A DNA stretch of 64,000 bases from Camelus dromedarius. Taxonomy: Eukaryota. Each line of letters starts with the position of its first letter. The first letter of the stretch is position 1. Made by a program: the position numbers and the translations under genes. The stretch is taken from the NCBI RefSeq assembly GCF_036321535.1, contig NC_087437.1, positions 46,440,001-46,504,000 of the forward strand, read 5' to 3'. Positions 24,641 through 37,980 of this stretch are shown here, in pieces. Under the pieces are notes generated by a model. That model worked only from the letters and a program-made list of their open reading frames with translations. It did no database searches and was not told the origin of the DNA.

Positions 24641-25351
24641 TTCACCTCCTGTGACCACTTGTTCTGTCTGTGTGGTGACTGCACCCTAGTTAACGATATG
24701 GTTTAGCCTGTCGACATCTACTCTTGCTCTTTCAACTCCACTGTCCTTAATCCATTCAGTTCCCTGGAGAGCATATAGATCCAGCAGTGATGTGGCTTTA
24801 TTCCAGGCCTCCCCTCCTGCTCTTCCTACAGAATCTGCTGGGCACCCCCTCCCCAACTCCCTGACTGTTGCAGTCCCAATTTCCTGACTCCATGCCCAGG
24901 CTCTCAATATCCTATATCCTCTGCTTCCTTTTTGTAAAGACATGTCATTTAGACTCTTACTTAGCTCATTGACTTTGGGACATCCTGCTGTTCTGTCACA
25001 AGATTGGTTCTCAACCCTGCATGCGCCCTTGATTGTCTTAGGAGACTCTGGGAACAGTCAGTGCTGTTCCCACATTGGCCCCTGGCATTCTCACTAATGG
25101 GGAGAGTGCTCATTGTTCTGCCAGTGCCCTTGTCTTTCCACCAGGAGAGAAAGATTATTATACTGGGGACATCTGAAAAAATCCTAATAATAACTGATCC
25201 ATTGGTTTAAGCACAGAAGTCCAATTTAATTTTAATTATTCTAATTAGAAAATAGTTTAGATTAAAATCTATAGTGAAAAGTGGGGAATGATATAATTTT
25301 CTATATATTCTATGGCAAAGTTTAATTCCCGAAGTTAATCCCCACAAAGTT

Positions 25352-25790
25352 GTCAAGTCTGTTGGTTGTAATGGATAGAAATCCAATTCAAATTAATTTC
25401 AACAAAAGAAGAGAATTAATTGTCTATGTAACTGAAAAGTCTAGGGCTTTAAGCACAGTGGGATCCAGGTGATATCTGTCTCTTTTTAGATCTGTTGACT
25501 CTGTTTTCCTTTGTCTTGGACCCCAGCAACTTCTGGTTTGGGTGGGCTTTGCAGCTTGCAATCTCAGAGGCAGAGAGGCCCTTTTTCTTTTAGCATCCTC
25601 ATAATTCCTGAAAAAGTACTTCTGTTGCCTCTGTTTGCATTGTGTCTGCTGTTAGACTGATCAGTTTGGATCATGTGTCTTCCCTGTGGTTGGTGGTGCA
25701 GGACCCTGTGATTGTGAGCCCCTCTAGAGTCACATGAAGTGAGGAAAAAGGCAGATTCCAAAATGAAACAATGGAGGGAAGAGCAAAAAA
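25352..25790 (-). mobile_element. MLT1K/L-like MaLR LTR
   Basis: 'ttggttgtaatggatagaaatccaattcaaattaatttc...tgtaactgaaaagtctagggc...ggatccagg'. Confidence 0.7.
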
Positions 25791-26299
25791 ACCCAACCAA
25801 AGTCCACCTTGTTTGGCAAGTGGGAGTTTATGAGTTAGGCCCTTTGTAATGCTTTCTTGCCATGGTGAGGTGGGTCCATGCACTAGAGAGGGCTAAAGGG
25901 GACCAGCCTCTCTTATTAGGTTCAGGTACTGTGCTGAGAACATTAAATGCACCATATCCATTAGCTCTTGCTGGATTCAGACGTTTTAAGAGTCAGACAT
26001 CACCAAATGAGGTGAACTAGTCCTCATGTGAAAGGAGGGCCCTTCATACCCTAAACATTCACAGCTTCTGTTTCCCACATGGGTACCTGACGCTATTCTT
26101 GATTTCTTTCTTCTGACCTCCCCCAGTGTCTAGTCCACTGTTTACCAGTCCAGTTTTATTGTACCAATTGCCCATCTGCAAAAAACCTCCAAGCTACTCT
26201 CCCCTTCTGCCTGATAGTTCCAAACATAGACCTCCCCTGCCGCCACCCCATCCTGGTTGACTTACTCTGTGGGCCATTCAGACTAAGCTTTCAAGGTGG

Positions 26300-26470
26300 C
26301 CCTACCATGATATATTGGTTAGTTCCACCCAACTGACATTCTCTGAGGTAGAGTTATCCCATTTTCTCATCTGAAGACACAAAGTTTCTGAGATGTAAAG
26401 GAACTTTGCCAAAGACATGTATCTAGACATAATTAACTGAATATGGAGTTAAACCCAAAGCCTGATTATA
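26300..26470 (-). mobile_element. MIR SINE fragment
   Basis: 'ctctgaggtagagttatcccattttc...ctgagatgtaaaggaactttgccaaag'. Confidence 0.6.
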
Positions 26471-26699
26471 GGTTCACCAGGTACTAACTATCTTCGGTTA
26501 ATATGCTTCAAGTCCTTATAAGTCCTTGCATGTTTGGCAAGTCAAGATAGAATTTTTGGTCTAGTCAATAAAGATACTGCAGCTTGGGATATTCCTAGAA
26601 GATGCTCTTGCCTGAATTTTGAGTTGAGAAAAGAAAATTAAGATTAAGAGGAGAGGGAAACAGACTCACTATGAAGGTCGGCCTGTTTTTGAGAATGGT

Positions 26700-26767
26700 G
26701 CTTACCAGAATTGTGCTTCCCGGAATTGTGCAGTATACAACTTGAACAACCTTGCATAGTGGCCCTT
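26700..26767. mobile_element. MER91-like hAT-Tip100 terminus
   Basis: 'ttgtgcagtatacaacttgaacaaccttgcatagtggccct' resembles the recalled MER91 end; a similar stretch lies at about 55130-55176. Confidence 0.45.
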
Positions 26768-28553
26768 CAAGGAAAGGGCTAATTATAAACTTAATTAAAA
26801 ATAAATCACCATTTAAATTATATGATTTGCTTAAAGAAAGTTAAGCTTCAGGCTTATTTGTATTACTTATATATGTATAGTTGTATATTAAAATTCAAAG
26901 GAACAGCAATATATCTGTGATCTACTTGAGCCCAGCAATTTCTCATATCTGATGCATTTGCCTATAGGGTATCAGATTGTTGATTCTCTGCAAAGGCACA
27001 GCTTTCTGATTCTAAGGATAAAAATTATATAAGCATCAGAAACCAGAGGCTTCTTTTATTTCAAACAGCTCTTAACATTTTGACAAGTTAAGCACAAATG
27101 AATCATAAATGTACAGATTAAATTTCTCTTGGAATACAAATGGGTTTAAATTAGAGGAGGAAAAAGTGGTTGGTCAAATGCATTCCTATTTTGCTGAGTC
27201 AAGAACTTTCAAAAAATAGCCTAGTGTTTGAAAAATCTGAATATGCCCTAATAAAACCACAAATGTGAATATTTCCATATTTTAGTGTTCTGTTTCCGTT
27301 TCAGAGTCAAAATGGTTTAATGAGCATATTTAGAAAGGAATTCTCTCCCTTTCCCTAATTAGTGGTTTTTCTTATCTGGCATCCTTTATAGTTTTACTTG
27401 AATTTCTCTACTTCATCATCTGAAGTCAAATAAAAACATAAGCTGACTTTCCCTAATTAAGACCGTGACTGCTTCTATGTGAGCTCCATTGTTTACCTGA
27501 GTAAGAACCTTCTCTGCTTGTTGCAAACACCACATGACAGGAACACTCATTATTTGGGTCACTGAGTGAAAACCATCAACAAGACGCACTTAAAAAGAGT
27601 GAGAAAAATAAATTGCTGTTTATCTGCTCCACATCCCAGATTCTTTAATAACATGATCTGACTTGGATTAGATGTATTGAGAAAAGTTAAAAGGGTGAAA
27701 GTAAAGTAAGTAATCCTAAGGAAAGAAACTAAGTTACCTATCTAAGTAAAAGAGGGGTCAACCCTTGAAAAGATAGTGAGCACTGAATCCAAGTAGAAAT
27801 CATGTGTTTACTACACCCTCTTACTGGATGAGAAGGGCAGAGATTCATCTTCCTAGGAGATAAGCAGAACTAAATTGCCACATGGACAAAAAGAAGGGGG
27901 CCCGAGATGGCAAGAAAGAAGTAGATGAGGGTTTGGCGTGGTCGCATAGGTGCTTAGCCCAGGAGGAGGCACCCTGGGGAGAGTTGAGTGATTGAACAGG
28001 GCAGAGAAGGGAGGTGCCCATGAGTAAAAAGATAATTAAGCAAGAAGCTCCTTTCTTGGTAGCTACAATCATTTTTTATTGATCGAGCACAATCAGTTGT
28101 GAGTATTGCAGAGCCCTCGCTGCTAGAACTATACTGTTAAGAGCCATGAGTTATGACTGTCTCAGCAGAGCAGGATGCTTAAAGAAATACTGAGATGAAG
28201 TGCCTATCTGACAAAGAATATTGGGACAGGATCCATATTCATTGACATCAACTTTACTACTAACTTTTGATTTTCAGTATCACCTTGGAGACCAGCTATG
28301 TTATTTTTAACATCTGGGTTGATTCTTCTTTACATTTCCCAAGCAGCCTTCTGCACCCAGTCTTGAGAGCTTGGTTGTGTCAATTTGAGGGAGAAGTGGG
28401 TCAAAAAGAAATCAGGTAGAATCTAATCCAAACAGAATTGCAAATAATTATCAGTCTTGCAGGGTACAATAAAAGAATGCAAAGATATAGTGTGTTTTTT
28501 GGATTCTGGGTCTAGAAAGGGAGAATTCCAGGGAATAGAGATGGCAATGTCAC

Positions 28554-28580
28554 TTTTTTTTTTTTTTTTTTTTTTTTTTT
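28554..28580. repeat. poly(T)27
   Basis: Read directly. Confidence 0.95.
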
Positions 28581-29064
28581 GTCCTCTATGTGAATTGGAG
28601 CTGAGGAATGGCTAGACTGTACTGATAGTGCTGATTTCAGAGTCATCTTGAACCTCAAGCAAAAACCTGCTTCTGTGCTTTGGGTGGCCCCAAAGCCCTC
28701 AAAGCCCTCCAGCCACCCACCTGTGTACCTGTTACGGGAAATCTCTTTGTCAACTCAGCATCTACCCTCGGTCAGTTTGTTCCTTATACTCTTACAGTTT
28801 GCAAGTAGAGTCTTCAACAGCAAGATACTAGACAGCTTCTAAAGGGATAACGCTGCTATCTGATAGAAAGGAGCCGTTGTACAAAGCACATTCAATTATA
28901 ATTATCACACAGCTAGATAGAAGAAAATATGAGCCCCTTTCCTAGAGATTTTTGAACAAGTTGCTTTGAAGATTCACCTGAAGGGAAGCATCTACCATGA
29001 CTATGTAGCCACATGGAGGCTCATGAGTATTTTTCTGTTTAGATATTTGAATAAAACTCAAGGG

Positions 29065-29300
29065 AAACAGTTTGGTATAATAAACAGAACATTGGCCCTA
29101 TATGGAGCCTGATAGACATGGGTTTAAATCCCACCTTTGTTGCTCACTAACTGAGACATTGAGCAAGTTACTTTTAAACTCCTTGGATGTCAGTTTCTTC
29201 ATCTGTAAAATGGGGACAATAGCTATCTTTGAAGGGAAGTACCAAAAGAGATAATCTAAGTAGGTCACCTGGCACCCATTGGGCTTGCAACAAAAGTTGG
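29065..29300 (+). mobile_element. MIR SINE
   Basis: 'gggtttaaatcccacctttg...ttgagcaagttactt...tcagtttcttcatctgtaaaatggggacaata'. Confidence 0.9.
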
Positions 29301-29564
29301 TTTCCTTTCCCTCTTTCTTTCCTCCAAGTGTCCTCACTTGCGGAAAATGATTTCTTTACAGTGTTTTTCAAAAGGCTCAAAAATTCACCCAAACTTCATG
29401 AGCGTGGAAGGACTCCACCAAACAACCCTTTAACAAGCAGCCCCATAAAAGCATTGAGAACAGATGTATTATTTCTTTTAACGAGTATAAGGGTTTAGCA
29501 GCAGAAAAGTTACAGAGCACAATGTTTCTCAAGCAATGGTTTTAAAGTGGCTAGGAGGTCAAGT

Positions 29565-29610
29565 CACAAATAATCTAAGGTCCCTTCCAGCTCTAAAATT
29601 CTATGGTTCC
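29565..29610 (+). mobile_element. MIR3/L3-type 3' end
   Basis: 'atctaaggtcccttccagctctaaaattctatg'. Confidence 0.6.
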
Positions 29611-30241
29611 ATGAAATTGCGACAGTAGCTGCAAACCAAGGCTGCCCTTTATGACTCAGAAAGGATTGCAGGCACTGGGCTGGCTACTTGGCACACTGAA
29701 GATTTTTAAAAAGTCACTACCCTCAAATATTAGCTTTGGAATTAGTAGATCAAATAAATGCATGTTGCTGCTTTGTCAGATGTAGCAAATTTGTTTTTGT
29801 CTGCCTGTACATTTTAATGGAGAGAGTAGCCAGTAGCTAAACAAACTAGCAAGCAAGCAGTTTTCATGAAGATGAGAACAGGGAAGGGGGAGGAACATTG
29901 CCCTGGCAGTCTAGGAATCTCTTGATTACTGATCACTATCTTCTATGTGAGGGGATTTAGCTATATGTAAAAATGAAAGATCTTTGGGAAAAAGCTGTAA
30001 TGGTACGTAGTTGTGAAACTGAGAACTCTTAAGAAAATCCAAACAAGGATGCTGGGGTAAAATAATTTAAATTTCTTTTAAAATTAGAATTAATTTCCAT
30101 TTAGATGAACTTTAAAAAATGAGTTCTAGAAAACTTGGTTTTGCAACACTGAGCATTATTTGAAACAATTTATTTTTAGTGGCTATTTCAACATGAGAAA
30201 TGGAATGTAAACACTCAGGATGTGACAGTACCTCCTGTAAG

Positions 30242-30312
30242 GAGTGAGTGAGTGAGTGTGTGTGTGTGTGTGTGTGTGTTGGGAGGGTTTCTTTTTTTTT
30301 TTTTTTTTTTTT
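30242..30312. repeat. Compound (GAGT)n-(GT)n microsatellite plus poly(T)
   Basis: Read directly. Confidence 0.9.
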
Positions 30313-31059
30313 GAGATGCTAAACTCTTTCATCTTGCTTTGGGAATTAATTCTGTTTTAGAAAATGCTGCAAGTTTTATGTATCTTTTCAGTCAATGGAA
30401 ACATGGATTCAAAAGTCACTTTCTTCACACTGAGAGTTAGGGTATGCCAGAGTAATTAAGTAACAAGAGCACAGATTCCTAAAGACACTTCAAAATCAAG
30501 ATATTCTTGCCTAGTGAAGTAACAGTCTGTAGCAAGACAGCTGCACAGACCTGTTTTAAGCACGTACTATATGCCAGGTTCTGCTTTGACAGTTGTGAAG
30601 GGGCTGGAACCCTGGAGCTTGGGCAATGTCCCCAGATGGTATTCTAATTTACAGAAAAATAAAATACTTTTAGGGTGAAATGAAGTCTTCTACTCAAACC
30701 TGAGCAGATAAGAGATCTGATTTAGGTTAAGCAACACCACATAGTGTTCAAAATTAGTGAGAAAGGAATTTGCTTAATTGTATCAGTGTTTTTATATTTG
30801 GAATATATACTCTTTCAGTAAATTTCTATTGAGTGCCTACTGTGTTAAAAGAACTGGGAGGGTGTAAAAATGGATAAAAGTGTTTCTGCCTTTATTCCAG
30901 TCTGGAAGGGCAGAATACATATTCTTGCTTTAATTGAATGCTGTATCTAATTATTAACAGTATAATTTTTGCAGCTGAATTTTCATAGGTATGTATGTAA
31001 GAAAACTACTTGATGATTTTAAACTTACAAAAATAAACAGAGTCACCAAAACTTTAAAA

Positions 31060-31230
31060 AAAATCAATCAATAAAACTGGAAATAGGAAAAAAAAAGCTA
31101 GGAGGGAGTACACTAACATGTTCAGAGTCGTGTTTTTATGGTGGTGGAAACATGAGTGATTTAGGTTTTCACTCTTATTTTTTTTTTTTTAGAATAAGCC
31201 TACATTTCTTATATACTTTAAAATATAAAA
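31060..31230 (+). mobile_element. L1ME-type 3' UTR fragment
   Basis: 'ctaggagggagtacactaacatgtt...ggtggtggaaacatgagtgattt'. Confidence 0.5.
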
Positions 31231-32289
31231 ATTCCTCAGAGGAAGGAGATGAAGGAGGAAGAAATAAAGTTAGGGAAGATTGGGAGGAGGAGGGAAGGAA
31301 AAGAGGATATTATGCTTGAGAAAGGGTATTTTTCTTTCTGCCACGGCACTTCTGAGAGCCCTGGCTGTTTAGGTCATAAACCCATAGCTGCTCATTGTAG
31401 CATATGAAGTTTGTCAAGTTTTTCTAAAAGTGGTAGAGATTATGCGGCTGTGGGTGAATAAGATCTGGAAGGAACGGACAGATATCTAACCTGAGATGCT
31501 ATAGGAAAAATCAGAACTATGGAATGGTTAAAACAAATGGGAGTTGAGTTTGCAACTTTTGGCCCAAATAATTTAGAAGCAAGTGAAAGTCCAAGAGAAA
31601 AGGACTGGAGCCGGGAAGTGACAAGTAGAGGAAGATGGGGGCTAATCCTGAGTACTGGCAAGGAGTGTGGTCCAGGGAAAAGGCTGGCCTGGATGCTGTG
31701 GATTGGAGGGAGTGGGTGGGAGAGTGGTCTCTGAGGTGGTACAGTAAGGCTTGGGGTCTGAATCATCTGCTGGAACAGCACCTAGTGTTTCTTCTGGTGC
31801 CACCAGAGACTCCTTGCCAAGTTAGAACTTCTAAGTGAAGCCTCAAGAGACTTTCATTAGGTGACCACCTCTCAGGGCAGTCTGCCTTTTGGTAAAGGCA
31901 TGGCTCCAGCAGACCTGTTTCTCCTGGGTGGAGGCCACAAATGAAGTCTCATTTGTGTCATCTCTCTGATGGTACATATTCCTTCAGATGTATTAACTAG
32001 AGGCAGGCTACCTTTCCAGAACTGCAGCATGTGTTTTAGGTCAGGTTTTCCCCCAAACCTAGGTTTCTGTAGAACACCATGGACTGAAGCTCTGCTAGCT
32101 TCCATGCTGTTTGCGGGCAAAGTGGTATGGTCTAGAAACTGATGGGTTGGAGATATGTTTTCAAAACCAGAGTATTCCACAGAAAAATCCAGCTTTCTTA
32201 TACCTTTTGACAAACTGAAGATCTGTTAACATTAGGCCCTGATTTGCAAAATAACAATGGGATAGAGCTGAACAATGATTTTCATTCAT

Positions 32290-32640
32290 TTCCTTCTTCC
32301 TGTGTGACTGGAATATTTGCCAAAGTGATTGTTTTGCTTAGTGATAAAAAGAGACATTTAGGAGCAAAAACACCCCTTCTTCCTCCAATGAACATAAGGT
32401 TTGCATGACTCCTGAAACTCTAACATCATCTGGGTCCATGAAGGCAGCAAATTGAGTGAAAGGTATGCTGAGGATGGATGAGTAGAAAGGTGAAAAGAAC
32501 CTGAGTCCCTGATAGCATCGCTGAGCCACCAGATTAACTACCCTGCAGCCGTATTGTACCCTCAGACCTCTTGTTAAGTAAGATAATGCATTTTGTTGAT
32601 TCTAAGTTGCACTTTCCTTTCATAGCCTAGCATCTCTGAA
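32290..32640 (+). mobile_element. MLT1J/I-like MaLR LTR
   Basis: 'gctgaggatggatgagtagaaagg...gaacctgagtccctgatagcatcgctgagccacc...cagacctcttgttaagtaagataat'. Confidence 0.75.
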
Positions 32641-32679
32641 ATCAGAATGCATTTCGCCATGATAATATCTTACAATCAC

Positions 32680-33359
32680 TGCTGGCCAGGGGTGGTCCTG
32701 ACAGAGTTGTCATCTCCTGTGCATGTGACAATTTGATCATTATTCCCAGTGATATGACTGAAACCTGCAGCCCCTTGACAGTTCAGTCGACAAACTGTTG
32801 AAGGACAGTCGAGTTAGGGATCTTGTTTTCTGTCTAAACACCTTCCATTGACACCTTCTGGGAAGTTAATGAAAGCACCATCATCAAAACTTTGATAACG
32901 AGTATCAGTGCTTGGAAGACAATTCAAGAGGCAGTAGTGGAGCAATCTTTTTAAAAATGCTGCATAACCAGCACTTTTGATCACAGAGGGTAATATTGGG
33001 TAGAAAAAATATGAGTATTGATGGCTCTGAATTTTAAAAGTGATTCAGAAAATTCAAACTCTGAGTGTGAAAATGTTTTAAGAATGTCAATTATATATTT
33101 GATTTATGGTTGTGTGTATGTATGTATATATATATACCTCTGCTGTATAATATATTGTGTATATGTGGCATATGATAAAATATATGTCTAAGTTAAGTTT
33201 TCCAATTCTCTTTCAATAGATATAAAATAAAGATTTTAGTTAGAGAGGATTTTGTCAACACTAATTGACAGTGTTTTTTTTCCTTTTTTCCTTTTTTCTT
33301 TCTTAGTGGTTCGTAAAATAAGGGTGTTACAACTGGTGTCTTACATTTGACAAAATCAG
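32680..33359 (+). mobile_element. Kanga1/MER104-like TcMar-Tc2 (pogo-type) transposon fossil with degenerate DDE transposase C-terminus
   Basis: Manual translation across frameshifts gives IIPSDMT/LQPLDSSVDKLLKD/LPLTPSGKLMKAP/SAWKTIQEAVVEQSF*KCCIT; the terminus 'ttcttagtggt..taaaataa...gtcttacatttgacaaaatcag' is followed by TA. Confidence 0.75.
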
Positions 33360-34884
33360 TAAATTTTTCATTGTTCAAGTTTCGACTTTTTCTTGCAAAA
33401 AAGCTTCCACAATGATATAACATATAGTTTATGAATATTTTACAGGCAGTACCTTTCTTTTAGTGCCATAAAGGAAAAGGAGTAGAATGAGTTAATATCC
33501 ATTAAGTGTGGGGATCTGAGTTTTCCATCTGGTCTCTTCACAGACAATAGATGCAAGTAGTGACAGGGTTACTCTTTCGTTAGCATAAGAATATTATGGG
33601 TAGGGCGAGCAAGGGGAGACCTGTCTCTCTGGGAGCTAAGAAAACATCCTTGCATACTGCCTTCCTCAAAGGCTCGCCACCACTCAACAACCAGTAGTTG
33701 TGCTCATGTGCTAACAAGCATTATCTTCTGGAAATGAAAATATGCCAGCCTCACCATTAACAGATTTCTTAATTAACCTGCTGATACTCTTAGCAACCGA
33801 GTTAGCACTTGTGTTAGAAATGAATTATTTGGGTCCTTTTGTCCTACACTACCCCCTTTACTCTCTGTGACTATTAGAGGATCATGGTGCTCTTTGATTA
33901 GCCCATCATAGTTTCCTAAAGTAAGCAAGAATTTGAGAAAAAGCCCATGACATCTGATTTCATTGCTTACACTTGCTGCTGACTCTGTTATCCCTTGATA
34001 ACTCGGTCCTTCCTTAACAGTAGTGTTAATTATGCCACTCACTTATTCTACAGCTATGCCTTTTCTCTTGAAGTGTTTCATGCTCATAGACAAGATTGGT
34101 GGCCTCCCTTCAGAGAAGCTTCACCGTGGGATATCACCTGTTGAGAGAAGAAATATTTCCTACTTTTCAACCTGTACATGCCCCAGTCATTCATACCTGA
34201 GAAATATTCACCACAGTGTGGGTCTTGCTTCTTCAAGAATAACTAAGTCAGGGACCAGGAGTCATGTCCCTGTGATAAAGTGCACATTTCCCATTAAATG
34301 CAAATTCTTTATTTGAAAATACTGAATAGAATGCTATTTTAAAAAAGAATTCCAGTTGGTTAAATTTAGTGTCATAAAAAAATTCCGTCCGAGAATAGTC
34401 GCTGGCTTTGAGCCCACATTTCTTTTGTTGTGAATTGGATGTGTTTTCATTCACTGTAAGCATTTCCTGCAGTGTTTGTCCTTCTGAGAACACATATTGA
34501 TGGCTTTGTTGGCTGGCGTAGTACTTGTCTTTCTTTCTAAAGTGATTTACCTAAATTTTAGTATTGCCAAACAAGTAGGACCTTGTTTTTACTTTAATTT
34601 TTAAGTTTCTGTCAATTGTTTAGCCTTTTCTGTCTTAAATTCAGGCTGCTGTATTCCCTGCTGCCACCTTCATCTCTTACTGATAAGCAAATTTGCTCCT
34701 TTCCTTAGTACCTCAAAAGGGACAGCCTTGAAAAACAAATCTCTATTTTTTGTTGACTGTTGATTTGGTTTTGAGGACTGGGTAGCCCACCAATGTCCTG
34801 TCAGTCTCCATGCCCTTCTCTGTGGTCTCTTATTGCTTCTCCTGTTCAGTCTTTCCTTGGCTCCTAGTGTTGCAAGAGGGCAGC

Positions 34885-35100
34885 TTGCTTATTAAATGCA
34901 TATTTGGTGCTAGTGGGCCCTGCCCTAAATGCCTTGTAGACATAATCCTGCTTAATCCTTCCAACTGCCTTAGAGGTAACTATTATTATCCTTGTAAAGG
35001 CAAGGAAACCAAAGGCCAAAGTAATTAGGCAACTAGCCTGAGGTTACCCAGCCAATTAGTGGCAAAGCTAAAGCTTACAACTTCATTTGCTTGACTATGA
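34885..35100 (-). mobile_element. MIR SINE
   Basis: 'cttaatccttccaactgccttagaggtaactattattatcc...aggaaaccaaaggcc...gaggttacccagcc'. Confidence 0.75.
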
Positions 35101-36239
35101 AAAACTCTCTCTTGTTGTGAAAGTAATGTTCATAGCCTCCTAAAAAATGTATTAAGTTTTTTGAGAGGGGGAGATTTCTAGTCTACTTCATGTTCCTTAT
35201 ATTCATGACATAGAAACACAAGAATGACCGTATCCAGGAGTTTAATTCTCCACATGTATGCCATTTTGGAATGTTTTACTTCAAATTCTATCACATCTGA
35301 GATATTATCACCAGTTCTTTTGTGTTAATTTCTAAATAAACTCTTCTCCTAAATTTGTGATCAGTATGTATCTTGTCAGAAGTCTGCCAAAGTGTCAGGA
35401 TTTCATGGTAGACTCTGTTATATAATCCTGATTGAAACTTTAGGCTCTCTATCGGGTTTTCCTGGTACAAGATGAAACATGACAATAATCACCTAAGAGT
35501 GCTATACAGGGTAATTTGCAGTGTTTCAAGCTTCTTGGGACTGAAACTATGTACCGAAAATGAACCTAACTTAATACTGTATGTGATATGGGAATGCTGA
35601 CATCAATGTTTGTACAGGAATCAATAGATCTGATCAATTGATGGATTTGCTGAGAAGTGCCTTGAAAACAACAAAAGCAATGTAAATAGCCAAAATTTGT
35701 CAAATCCTGCAGCAGTGTCTTCATCCCACAGCAGGGCAGCTGCTGGTTCTTCCTGTGACTCCTCAGACTTAGCTGAGCATTCGGAGGTCCTTGGGATTCT
35801 ATTCCAAGGTAGTAAGATCATAGGATAATTTGATTCTGGGATCAGTCAGCTTCAGGATAGGAAGATCTGCTCCTGAATATTCTGAATTCACTCCATAAAG
35901 GGGAAGTTACACTAAAGGAGAGCTGTGTAACTCAGTCATGGCTAGGGAACAAATCAACTAACAAGTTTGGAAGAGAAAGGAGGACAATTTTTATGTGGCT
36001 TTTAACAGATTTGCTCATTATCTCTCTAATATTTTCTGGGCTGTTAACAGTGATTAGTATGTCAAATTACTTCTTGGCTGGGTAGCTTGACTGAATTAAG
36101 ATCTCTAGGACCAGTAAGCAAAGGCTCCTCTAAACCAATTGGACCAGGCTCTTCTCTCCCGTCCTCTGCATTTCCCCTGCCGGCTCCCCACAACTCTAGT
36201 AATTAAACACTCATTTCTTGGCACTGTGAGGACAGTAGG

Positions 36240-36398
36240 ATATCTTACCCTGAGGTCTGCCCATGGGATTTTAGGGAAGTCTGTAAGTGTAAGGAAAAGT
36301 AAATGTTTATGAGCAGCTAACCTTTTTTCTGGAGAGAGGGATCATAGCTTTCCTGAGGTTCTCAAGGATCCCGTGACACTAATGGTTTAAAACATTGG
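36240..36398. mobile_element. MER103-like fossil (opposite orientation to the 20.7 kb copy)
   Basis: 'ttttctggagagagggatcatagctttcctgaggttctcaaggatcccgtgac'. Confidence 0.65.
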
Positions 36399-36461
36399 TT
36401 TAAAAAGCACTCGTTTAATGAATGTTTTTCTTTTCTTCCTGTCACGTGGAAGTCTATCCAT

Positions 36462-36545
36462 TGCTAATATTGATGAGTGCAGACTCTATTCTAGGTGCTT
36501 AGGACACATCAGTGAACAAACTAGATTGCTGTCTCTGCAACCCCT
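36462..36545 (-). mobile_element. L2 3' end fragment
   Basis: 'attctaggtgcttaggacacatcagtgaacaaa'. Confidence 0.6.
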
Positions 36546-37980
36546 GACCCACCAGGGGTTTAAGTTCAAACAGAGGAGTAAGATAATTAGAAACTATCAA
36601 AGTGGCTGGGCCAAACACTTGCTAATAATGGTGGAGAGTGAACATTGCCACTCTAGATTGGTGCTTATAGTCAGCTTTGTGAGGGTTTTTAAATTTGTAT
36701 TTATTTATTTGGGTAAAAACTTTCTATAGACATTTCTCCCCCTTGAACACAGTTGGGGAATCCCATGGCATTTCTTTGTCATTCCACGTGCTGAGTTTGT
36801 GCAGATGTCCAAGTAGTCCCCAGCTTACATGCCAGTCTGTCAAGTGCACAGCTGCCGCACGCAACATGAGAGCTCACAATATCCATCCATGCTGACAAAA
36901 GAGGAAGCGAGAGGCATGGACCTTGACAAGTTCTGCCGCATCCAAAAATGAAATTGATTCAGGCCAGTAAAAAAACTCCTAGCTCTTTCATTAACAGCCC
37001 TTGGGAAACCACAATAAATCAGCCTATTAGGGTGCAACAGGGGTGCAAATTGGTGTCTCAGTTAATGTAGATAAAGATTTCAGTGCACACTGCATATATC
37101 AAAAATTTAACACATGCTACTTGCAGAGTTTTAATGAATACAAAAAGCTTGACTGCTGAAAATCAACACAACCCAGGCATTACTTCATTTAGCTGTCAAT
37201 AAAATTGTCTCTTATTTTATTTTCTAATGGTTTATCAATACTGGTAATTTGCCATTGGTTATAAAAAGGAGGATGGGGGAAGGGAGGGAAAGGAATTTAA
37301 ATAAGTCCTGCTAACTAGAAAAGAGCTTGGTGAGCCATTTTGTTCTGCTACGTAAGTTAATGACCAAATGATGTGAGGAAGTGAAATCTCCATTTCTTCT
37401 CAGACTACAAATACCAACTTTACTTGGAAAAAATACATTAGATCAGGGATACACTCTGCTCTGGAAATCCATTATTTTTTGATAAAGGACCTTAAGGTAC
37501 TATAATCCAGCCTCTCTTAAAGAAGTTCTGATTAAGGGAAAAATGGTTGTGCTTTATTTTGTTTTTTCTGCATGTAATACAGCTACAGTGTGAAGTTTAT
37601 CAGTAGAAGCCAATGCAAGATCTCACCTGCCATAACCACTTTCTATAAAATGCAAGGAAATCATAAAGCCCTTTTTTGAAGCAGGGGAGGAAACTCCATC
37701 ACTGTACCTGAAATAAACAAGTCTTACCTATTTTCCCGTTGTGGTCAGGAAATGGCTTCTAATCATTGTTCTTACGTATATAATTACATAAGTGTAAAGA
37801 GAGGGGCACCGTTTATATAGGTACACTGTTTAACTGTGTTTAACACTAGTTTTAAAAAAAACAGATTCATGATAATGAAGTAACAATGAGAACTCATTGA
37901 TTGATTCATTCATTCAATAAACATTTGTGGCAGGCTAATGTATTAATAAGTTAATGTACAAATTAACCTATGCCTTACTT

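Noticed and set aside
29065..29160. tRNA-like sequence (B-box-like 'gggtttaaatccc')
   Set aside because: It is the tRNA-derived head of a MIR SINE and forms no cloverleaf.
35610..35810. Possible exon between 'tgtacag' and 'caaggtagt'
   Set aside because: All three plus-strand frames hit stop codons soon after the acceptor.
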